In this document: positions 1-4,457 of the stretch, piece after piece
Layout of the letters: each line of letters opens with the position of its first letter
How positions within the stretch are numbered: position 1 is the stretch's first letter
Virus record (IMG/VR): IMGVR_UViG_3300030444_000070
Reading direction: 5' to 3' (one strand)
Length of the DNA stretch: 4,457 bases
Origin: a virus
Lineage: Duplodnaviria; Heunggongvirae; Uroviricota; Caudoviricetes
Translations under genes and position numbers: made by a program
Notes under the pieces: generated by a model
The model's input: the letters and a program-made list of their open reading frames with translations, nothing else
Databases searched by the model: none
What the model was told of the DNA's origin: nothing

Positions 1-117
1 TACAAAACGCAATTGAAGAACGCGAGGCATCGTCTTAACGAGGCACCGAGGCGTCGCATTCTTCAGATGGTTCAACCCTTAAGTTAGCGCTTATGGGAAC
101 ACTCCCCGCCAGGTCTC

Positions 118-273
118 TTACCTTTCAGATTCGTAGGCTGTGAAGACAGTGACCTCCGTCTGGCCGGTTCGGATTCGTACCTCGCAGAGGTCTTTCCTCG
201 TTACCAGTGCCGTCACAATGACGGTTAAACAGATGACGATCAGAGCGATTAACATCGCTTTTTGCTGCTTCAT
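118..273 (-). CDS. hok: Hok/Gef-family type I toxin, 51 aa (MKQQKAMLIALIVICLTVIVTALVTRKDLCEVRIRTGQTEVTVFTAYESER)
   Basis: Own translation of the minus strand: ATG at 273..271, TAA at 120..118. The ORF is below the six-frame track size cutoff. SD-like CAAGGAGAAG lies 6 nt upstream of the ATG, as in R1 hok. The protein has the Hok/Gef hallmarks: single N-terminal TM helix, LVTRKDLCE motif, C-terminal FTAYE. It most resembles Gef/HokC and RelF/HokD from memory; the exact paralog is not assigned. Confidence 0.85.
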   Translation of the reverse strand: MKQQKAMLIALIVICLTVIVTALVTRKDLCEVRIRTGQTEVTVFTAYESER

Positions 274-331
274 AGCCTGCTTCTCCTTGACCTTTTGGTC
301 GGTAAGAGGCTAATCTACGTATGCTAAGCAT
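125..331 (-). CDS. mok: Mok-like overlapping reading frame (modulator of killing), 68 aa, coupling hok translation
   Basis: ORF-track frame 125..331 overlaps hok in a different frame and ends 7 nt before the hok stop, as mok does in hok/sok loci. GAGG lies 9 nt upstream of its ATG. The protein itself is low-complexity, which is typical for Mok. Confidence 0.5.
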   Translation of the reverse strand: MLSIRRLASYRPKGQGEAGYEAAKSDVNRSDRHLFNRHCDGTGNEERPLRGTNPNRPDGGHCLHSLRI

Positions 332-385
332 AGATATGGCCTCAGATTAATGTTAAGCGTCTTGCAGGACGCGTAATGTTATCTG
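321..385 (+). ncRNA. sok: Predicted Sok-like antisense RNA covering the mok translation initiation region
   Basis: Plus-strand promoter candidate TTGACC (287..292), 16-nt spacer, GCTAAT (309..314) inside the mok 5' end puts the start near 321. The transcript would be antisense to the mok SD and start codon. A GC hairpin GCGTC-TTGCAG-GACGC (357..372) followed by a U-rich tract gives a ~64-nt RNA. Boundaries are approximate. Confidence 0.35.
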
Positions 386-440
386 GGGCTTTCTTCTATC
401 TGCTTTTCGGGTCATGCCTGAAGCAGATAGCCTCAAGCAC

Positions 441-480
441 CCGCAACGATTGTATCAATGTCTGGCTTTTTTTCTATAGA
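441..480 (-). promoter_or_regulatory. Predicted hok mRNA promoter (extended -10 TGaTACAAT) and transcript start
   Basis: Minus strand reads CATTGATACAAT (rc of 449..460) with a TG extension. About 7 nt downstream the transcript would begin GGTGCTTGAGGCTATCTGC, which closely resembles the 5' end of R1 hok mRNA (GGCGCTTGAGGCTTTCTGCC, recalled from memory). A 10-bp inverted repeat CTATCTGCTT / AAGCAGATAG (396..405 and 421..430) would form a 5' leader hairpin. Confidence 0.35.
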
Positions 481-700
481 AATCACCTGGAAGGGTGAAT
501 ATCCACATCAGAAGAAATGTTGCAGCAAACATGATCCCTAATGGCCAGACCGCGCCAAAGAAAATCCATACTAAGATCTCCTCTGCTCGTTCTTTGCGGT
601 CGATATCGACAAGCATTTTTCGGCTGATCATGTATACACAGAAGCCAATACAAACATATCCTGCAAAAGCGATCGCTAACTGTAAAAAATCAGATTGCAT
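455..700 (-). CDS. Small membrane protein of unknown function, 81 aa, two predicted TM segments
   Basis: Track ORF 455..781. I prefer the internal ATG at 700..698 because GAGG lies 6 nt upstream; the 781 start has no SD and would overlap the repL stop. Two hydrophobic stretches (FLQLAIAFAGYVCIGFCVYMI and ILVWIFFGAVWPLGIMFAATFLLMWIF) are separated by a charged loop, and the C-terminus is basic. No family recognised. Confidence 0.5.
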   Translation of the reverse strand: MQSDFLQLAIAFAGYVCIGFCVYMISRKMLVDIDRKERAEEILVWIFFGAVWPLGIMFAATFLLMWIFTLPGDFYRKKARH

Positions 701-750
701 CTCCGACCTCAAACTGAAAACGCCAGGTGACTCCAGATTAGAGCAATCTA

Positions 751-1596
751 TCACCCCCTGAATCCTGCCGGTATACCCCATTTTTCGTTATCTTTATTTT
801 TGGCTAAAACCGCATTAAGAGCTTCGTTTACCGTCATGCAATGCGGTAGATTATCGAAGTTTGATATCCCGCCAATATCAGGCGAACGCTTGTTCTTCAG
901 GTAAGCATATTTCCGCGCAGCCGCCTCTACTTTCTGCTTGAACTCATGTTTTTGAGCGCGTTTTTTGGATAACCGCAGATTGTCAGCCTTTGCTTTTGCC
1001 TCAGCGATCCATGAAGTCAATTTTTTGAGTCTGGTCGTTCCGGCACCGCCGGAAACTGATCTTTTTGTTTTTTTAACTTGTGACTTCTTATTCTTTATTG
1101 CCACGTCATCCTGACAGGGGGAGGGGGTATCATTTTGACATGGGGGTGTGGATAAAAAATCAAATAAAGCCAATGTCTTAGCGAGAACAGCTTTAACCTT
1201 GGTTGCGGCTGAAGAGATCTTTAATTTGCTTTCAATCAGCGCGTTTTTAGCGTGTTGTGCGAAGGCCAAAAAGGATGGTGTAAACCGGTACAGGTTAGCG
1301 CGGCGTTCACGGTGATCGCCGATAACAATCTCTACCGACAGGATTCCTTTGTTTACAGCTTCACGGAATGCGCGAACGACGGTTGATTGGCTATAACCAG
1401 TTTCTGCCGCGATCATGCGGTGAGGCTTGTGAATGAAGTATTCACTGGTTGTTGCCGCGAGATTTGCACATTGCGACAGGATATGCCCGGCGCTACGGGA
1501 TAGACCGGAGTGTGTTACAAAGCAGGCCAATTCATAGCCAGAAAAAGTAAAATCGCTCATCGTTATACAGCTCAGGAAAGTGACTTTAGCCAGCAT
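751..1596 (-). CDS. repL: RepL-like lytic replication initiator, 281 aa, winged-HTH (RMIAAETGYSQSTVVRAFREAVNKGIL), lysine-rich C-terminal half
   Basis: Long ORF immediately downstream of kilA with a 29-bp gap. The order (operator, kilA, repL) and the size (281 aa, matching my recollection of P1 RepL) fit the P1 lytic replicon. HTH motif seen directly in the translation. The start could instead be the second Met at 1560; neither has a strong SD. Confidence 0.8.
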   Translation of the reverse strand: MLAKVTFLSCITMSDFTFSGYELACFVTHSGLSRSAGHILSQCANLAATTSEYFIHKPHRMIAAETGYSQSTVVRAFREAVNKGILSVEIVIGDHRERRANLYRFTPSFLAFAQHAKNALIESKLKISSAATKVKAVLAKTLALFDFLSTPPCQNDTPSPCQDDVAIKNKKSQVKKTKRSVSGGAGTTRLKKLTSWIAEAKAKADNLRLSKKRAQKHEFKQKVEAAARKYAYLKNKRSPDIGGISNFDNLPHCMTVNEALNAVLAKNKDNEKWGIPAGFRG

Positions 1597-1625
1597 TACA
1601 ATGCTGGTGGTTCTTACTACGTCTG

Positions 1626-2426
1626 TTAGCGCGTAGCCGCGACAGGTACCAGCACACCAGCATCAAGCAATCGCTTCATTAGCCACTGCTGACCTTTGCC
1701 GGTTATACGAGTCGTGAAAGAAATCCTGCTTCCGTTGCTTGTATCGATCACGGTTTCTTTGAGGGTGAAGTACCCACGGGATATGTATTCTTGTTTGGGG
1801 ACGTTCCTGCGTTCATCGGTTGCGATCAGAATTCCGTTATCACGCAACCAGGTGAAGAGATAGTTTTGGCCCAGGCCGAGCACTTTGGCATAGTTGCCGA
1901 TTAGAACCCCGCTGGCGGTAGCAACGCGTTCGGCGAATTCGACTTTAGGCGCATCCATAAGCATTTTTTGCTCCAGCCGTTGCTTTTGCTCTGCCAGGTC
2001 GGCAGCCAAACGGAGAGCTTCAGGGAGACTCTGCGGAATAGCAGGTTGCAATCTTCCGGCTCGATAGTCGATAAATGTCTGGTTTACCTTCAGCCGAAAC
2101 GCGGGAGAAATCCAGCCTGCGTACTCCACAGCGAGCAATTCATGGGCAAACGTACCGCCGCCACGGCCTTCGAACGAAACTATGCAATTCTGCATAGTTT
2201 CTTTTTCAAGCTCTTCGATGAGCTGTTTGGCTGACAGCGTTCTTAGCCATTGAGCTGGCGCTTTATGGGCACCGAGTCCGCTCGCTCTGTGTAGAGCATT
2301 AAGGTTGTAACGGCCAGCGCGGTCGGTCGTAATTTCAACACCACAAATAACAGGCAGAGTGGTTGAAGGATCGACATTTTGATGAAGGTTTGATATATTC
2401 ATATCCGCATTGAATGTTTGTTGCAT
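1626..2426 (-). CDS. kilA: KilA protein, 266 aa: N-terminal KilA-N DNA-binding domain plus C-terminal KilAC/ANT domain
   Basis: Track ORF with GGAG 7-8 nt upstream of the ATG. The N-terminus (VICGVEITTDRAGRYNLNALHRASG...APAQWLRT) looks like KilA-N. The C-terminal ~130 aa are clearly homologous to the C-terminus of the neighbouring ant product. The size agrees with my recollection of P1 KilA (266 aa). Confidence 0.85.
   Translation of the reverse strand: MQQTFNADMNISNLHQNVDPSTTLPVICGVEITTDRAGRYNLNALHRASGLGAHKAPAQWLRTLSAKQLIEELEKETMQNCIVSFEGRGGGTFAHELLAVEYAGWISPAFRLKVNQTFIDYRAGRLQPAIPQSLPEALRLAADLAEQKQRLEQKMLMDAPKVEFAERVATASGVLIGNYAKVLGLGQNYLFTWLRDNGILIATDERRNVPKQEYISRGYFTLKETVIDTSNGSRISFTTRITGKGQQWLMKRLLDAGVLVPVAATR
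2371..2399 (+). promoter_or_regulatory. Plus-strand antisense promoter (P53as-like): TCGACA, 17 nt, TGaTATATT
   Basis: -35 TCGACA at 2371..2376, 17-nt spacer, -10 TATATT at 2394..2399 with a TG extension at 2391..2392. It sits inside the first codons of kilA and points away from the gene toward the operator region. Confidence 0.45.
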
Positions 2427-2495
2427 TTTTTCTCCAAATTTGCATCAACCTTCAATCACCAGCTCGAAATGGTGATTCTTTGCACTTAGAAAACG

Positions 2496-2512
2496 AAATT
2501 TATTAGAGCAAA
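2496..2512 (-). promoter_or_regulatory. C1-type repressor operator (Op53-like) upstream of kilA
   Basis: Minus-strand 17-mer TTTGCTCTAATAAATTT matches the asymmetric P1 C1 operator consensus ATTGCTCTAATAAATTT (recalled) at 16/17. It lies 70-86 bp upstream of the kilA ATG. A second copy is at 4166..4182. Confidence 0.55.
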
Positions 2513-2554
2513 TTTTTCTGACTCGATCCAGATCGGGTTGGTCGATCTGCTCAG

Positions 2555-2592
2555 AAACCTGCCAGTTTGCTGGCAGGTTTTTTCTTTTGTTA
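2555..2592 (+). terminator. Rho-independent terminator: stem CCTGCCAG / CTGGCAGG, loop TTTG, then TTTTTTCTTTTGT
   Basis: Perfect 8-bp stem (extendable by AAA/TTT pairs) with the T-tract on the plus strand. On the minus strand it is preceded by an A-tract and followed by GTTTCTGAG, so it may also act weakly after ant. The T-tract overlaps the ant stop codon. Confidence 0.6.
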
Positions 2593-3384
2593 ACCTATTG
2601 CTACTGGTTTTAACAAACCAGCATCAAGTAGCTTGCGAGTTAACCACTGCTGGCCTTTACCCGTTAATTGGGGCGTCAGCCGTATCTGGTAGCCATTTTC
2701 ATCATCCAGCACCACTTCTTTCACCGTGAAATACCCGGCGTTAATGTACTGCTGGCGCGGTACGTTTTTGCGCGCACCAAAAGCCATGAGAATGCCGTTC
2801 TGGCGCAACCATGAGAAAAGGGCGTTTTGCTTAAGTCCAACGACCTTTGCAAAGTTCCCGATCAGGATTCCATTAGCCGCTGATACCCGGTCGGCAAAAT
2901 CGACTTTAGGGGCTGCGGCCACCAGCTGTTGTTCCAACTGCATTTTCTGTTCTGCCAACTCGGCAGCCAGGCGTAGAGCGTCTGGTAATGTTTGGGGGAT
3001 CGATGGGGCAGGGGAGTTTGCCTGCTGCAATTCTTCCAGTTTGTCGATCAGCGAACGGCGGACTGCTTTTGACTCGCGCGCGGCGACTCGCAGGGCTTGT
3101 TTGTAGGTCATGGTTATGACAACCATAGGCGTACCGCCACCTGGCGGCACGGTTGCACTTTTTGTGTAACCGTCCTCACCTTCTAATTCGTCGAGTATTT
3201 TTTTGATGAATTTGTTGTTCCGAACCTCTGGTTCCCCACATAACTTACGCGCTTCATTGACCATCTTTAACAGCGTCTGGCTGTCGATTGTGTCTCCAGT
3301 GTTGGAGATAACATTCACAGCTGGTGATGGCGTAGCTGAAGCAACAGATGCTGGTTTTTTAACATTCAAATTATTACTGGTCAT
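2590..3384 (-). CDS. ant2: Antirepressor Ant2, 264 aa: in-frame internal initiation product of the same ORF
   Basis: In-frame ATG at 3384..3382 is preceded by a strong SD, AAGGAGG, with an 8-nt spacer. P1 ant is known to produce Ant1 and Ant2 from two in-frame starts (recalled). Whether both are used here is an inference. Confidence 0.45.
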   Translation of the reverse strand: MTSNNLNVKKPASVASATPSPAVNVISNTGDTIDSQTLLKMVNEARKLCGEPEVRNNKFIKKILDELEGEDGYTKSATVPPGGGTPMVVITMTYKQALRVAARESKAVRRSLIDKLEELQQANSPAPSIPQTLPDALRLAAELAEQKMQLEQQLVAAAPKVDFADRVSAANGILIGNFAKVVGLKQNALFSWLRQNGILMAFGARKNVPRQQYINAGYFTVKEVVLDDENGYQIRLTPQLTGKGQQWLTRKLLDAGLLKPVAIG

Positions 3385-3633
3385 TCTATGTGCCTCCTTT
3401 CTCATTTCTGCTGCCACCGTTGCGTAACGTAGACGTCCTTGTTCAATCAAATAATCCCTGATCTCGGCTATCAGTAGCCTGTTGATCACAGCCTTATCTG
3501 TTCGGGTATAAAAACGTCTGGTTATCATGAAATAGTTGGCAATTGCGCCGGGGATCTCCCGTGTCGGCATACAGGCAGTATGCAGGGCGATCGCTTCGGC
3601 TATGTCATTACGGGTGACGAGAGGTTTTTTCAT
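2590..3633 (-). CDS. ant1: Antirepressor Ant1, 347 aa, with C-terminal KilAC/ANT domain
   Basis: Track ORF. The ATG at 3633 overlaps the stop of the upstream icd-like ORF as ATGA, and AGGGGG lies 4 nt upstream. The C-terminal ~130 aa (LPDALRLAAELAEQK...GKGQQWL) are paralogous to the KilA C-terminus. The middle region loosely resembles Rha-like regulators. Confidence 0.8.
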   Translation of the reverse strand: MKKPLVTRNDIAEAIALHTACMPTREIPGAIANYFMITRRFYTRTDKAVINRLLIAEIRDYLIEQGRLRYATVAAEMRKEAHRMTSNNLNVKKPASVASATPSPAVNVISNTGDTIDSQTLLKMVNEARKLCGEPEVRNNKFIKKILDELEGEDGYTKSATVPPGGGTPMVVITMTYKQALRVAARESKAVRRSLIDKLEELQQANSPAPSIPQTLPDALRLAAELAEQKMQLEQQLVAAAPKVDFADRVSAANGILIGNFAKVVGLKQNALFSWLRQNGILMAFGARKNVPRQQYINAGYFTVKEVVLDDENGYQIRLTPQLTGKGQQWLTRKLLDAGLLKPVAIG

Positions 3634-3851
3634 AAAACCCCCTGAACGTCGGCAGAGAAGGGGAGGTTCCAGTAACTAAGTGAATTGCGCGAGTTAGTTG
3701 AAAAACGGGCAGTAAAAATGCAGGGGCCATCAGGCAATTGAGAGCGTGCTTCGTCTTCTGTTGCTGCGATGACGAAGTGATAGTGGTGTTTTTTGCAGGA
3801 ATAGAAACGCCAGATGAATTCTTGGCGTGCGCAAGGATTGGCATTAACCAT
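3630..3851 (-). CDS. icd: Icd-like small protein, 73 aa, translationally coupled to ant
   Basis: Track ORF (MVNANPCARQEFIWRFYSCKKHHYHF...). GAGG lies 8 nt upstream of the ATG. Its TGA overlaps the ant ATG (ATGA). Size (73 aa) and position between the c4-like region and ant match P1 icd. The protein sequence itself is not independently recognised. Confidence 0.55.
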   Translation of the reverse strand: MVNANPCARQEFIWRFYSCKKHHYHFVIAATEDEARSQLPDGPCIFTARFSTNSRNSLSYWNLPFSADVQGVL

Positions 3852-3907
3852 AGTTACGGCCTCACAATCAGGTTTAACAACCTGCTACCCGCTGCTAAAC
3901 AGGTGGC

Positions 3908-3990
3908 AGGACGTGACGGGGTTAGCAGACTGGCGATTGTGAAACCAGCAGGCCGAAGCCTCCCCATCACGCCCCACCATAATTTGGGCG
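3908..3990 (-). ncRNA. c4: Predicted c4-like antisense repressor RNA
   Basis: On the minus strand, UCACAAUC (rc of 3935..3942) and CUGCUAAC (rc of 3922..3929) lie 6 nt apart. Each is complementary to two target pairs on the same transcript: upstream GUUUAGCAG (rc 4061..4069) and GAUUGUG (rc 4047..4053), and downstream GUUUAGCAG (rc 3892..3900) and GAUUGUGA (rc 3862..3869), the last overlapping the icd SD GUGAGG. Local hairpins place the first motif in a loop. The RNA ends are not determinable from sequence; boundaries are approximate. Confidence 0.35.
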
Positions 3991-4098
3991 TAACGCGGTT
4001 TTACGGACACAAAAATACCGCAATATCGGATATCTGCGGCTGTCCGCACAATCATTCAGGCTGCTAAACCCGGTCGCAGAATTTGCTACGACGGCGAA

Positions 4099-4127
4099 AC
4101 TATAAGCCTGAACGATTAAAAGGTCAA
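4099..4127 (-). promoter_or_regulatory. Sigma70 promoter for the c4-icd-ant operon (P51-like): TTGACC, 17 nt, TATAGT
   Basis: Minus strand: -35 TTGACC (rc of 4122..4127), exact 17-nt spacer, -10 TATAGT (rc of 4099..4104). Predicted start near 4092, upstream of both upstream target motifs. Confidence 0.5.
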
Positions 4128-4165
4128 TATGATGCAAAAAGATAGCATTCGCGACTTAAAAATAC

Positions 4166-4182
4166 AAATTTATTAGAGCAGA
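4166..4182 (-). promoter_or_regulatory. C1-type repressor operator (Op51-like) upstream of the immunity-I operon promoter
   Basis: Minus-strand 17-mer TCTGCTCTAATAAATTT matches the recalled P1 C1 operator consensus at 15/17. It is nearly identical to the 2496..2512 copy, and the flanks are also conserved (~27/33 over 2483..2515 versus 4153..4185). Confidence 0.5.
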
Positions 4183-4457
4183 TTAGTGTCGTGCAATAGA
4201 TATATTATTTGTGATGAAAAATAATGCAGAGGGATATTGTAACTTTAAGATGGATATCAATAGTCGATACATAAATTAAGTTAGCAATAAACTATTAACT
4301 TAAGAAATAATGCAGATGGTGAACTTGTCTCTGACTTTTCAGCTATACACAATAAGTTAGGGATAGCTTATAAAGGTAATGACTCCAACTTATTGATAGT
4401 GTTTTATGTTCAGATAATGCCCGATGACCTTGTCATGCAGCTCCACCGATTTTGAGA

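Larger units (their letters stand above)
2406..2592 (+). ncRNA. Predicted ~185-nt antisense RNA across the kilA start, RBS and upstream operator/promoter region
   Basis: Bounded by the plus-strand promoter (2371..2399) and the plus-oriented intrinsic terminator (2555..2592). No plus-strand ORF of any size is supported here. Length and position match the antisense RNA described for the P1 lytic replicon (recalled literature). Confidence 0.4.

Noticed and set aside
495-761. Plus-strand ORF, 88 aa
   Set aside because: Antisense to the SD-supported small membrane protein gene; low-complexity translation with no RBS. Likely an artefact of the opposite-strand coding region.
455-781. Long form of the membrane-protein ORF starting at 781 (108 aa)
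   Set aside because: No SD upstream of 781, and it would overlap the repL stop by ~30 bp. The internal ATG at 700 has a well-spaced GAGG. Kept as an alternative only.
1968-2234. Plus-strand ORF, 88 aa, inside kilA
   Set aside because: Fully embedded antisense to kilA, which has clear domain content. No start signal.
2538-3427. Plus-strand ORFs 2538..2729, 2726..3106 and 3203..3427
   Set aside because: All are antisense to ant. Translations are Cys/Ser/Ala-rich and non-protein-like. The first would read through the plus-strand terminator.
3608-3844. Minus-strand ORF, 78 aa, alternative frame overlapping icd
   Set aside because: It overlaps the icd-like ORF and ends inside ant without coupling geometry. 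The icd frame has the SD and the ATGA overlap with ant.
3738-4067. Plus-strand ORF, 109 aa, TTG-initiated
   Set aside because: Antisense to the c4-like leader and icd, with a non-ATG start, no SD and a Cys-rich low-complexity product. The region is better explained as structured RNA leader.
3850-4070. Retron msr-msd-like or tRNA-like element suggested by the inverted repeats
   Set aside because: No reverse transcriptase gene is adjacent and no tRNA cloverleaf could be built. The repeats are fully explained by antisense loop and target complementarity.
2427-4200. LexA (SOS) box controlling the antirepressor, as in 186 tum or Gifsy prophage antirepressors
   Set aside because: No CTGT-N8-ACAG motif found upstream of either ant or kilA; only a CTGT-N15-ACAG at 1617..1639, which has the wrong spacing. 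Control appears to be via C1-type operators and antisense RNAs instead.
1-4457. CRISPR arrays, tRNA or rRNA genes, IS elements or integrase
   Set aside because: No regularly spaced repeats, no cloverleaf-compatible segments, no terminal inverted repeats with a transposase ORF, and no recombinase-like ORF were found.

Overview
All supportable genes in this 4457-bp window lie on the minus strand, and the layout matches the immunity-I / lytic-replicon region of a P1-like phage or phage-plasmid. Everything here rests on reading the sequence and on recalled literature; no database search was possible. Order in the direction of transcription (high to low coordinate): an AT-rich upstream region; a C1-type repressor operator (4166..4182); a strong sigma70 promoter (4099..4127); a predicted c4-like antisense RNA whose two loop motifs are complementary to sites at the icd ribosome-binding site; icd-like (3630..3851); ant1/ant2 antirepressor (2590..3633, with an in-frame internal start at 3384); a second C1-type operator (2496..2512); kilA (1626..2426); repL (751..1596); a small two-TM membrane protein (455..700); and a hok/mok/sok type I toxin-antitoxin locus (118..~450). 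On the plus strand the only supported element is a promoter-to-terminator antisense unit (~2406..2592) crossing the kilA start and operator. The parts I would look at first are the hok/mok/sok locus and the adjacent small membrane protein, which I do not recall from reference P1 and which may be accessory cargo. No tRNA, rRNA, CRISPR array, IS element or integrase is evident.
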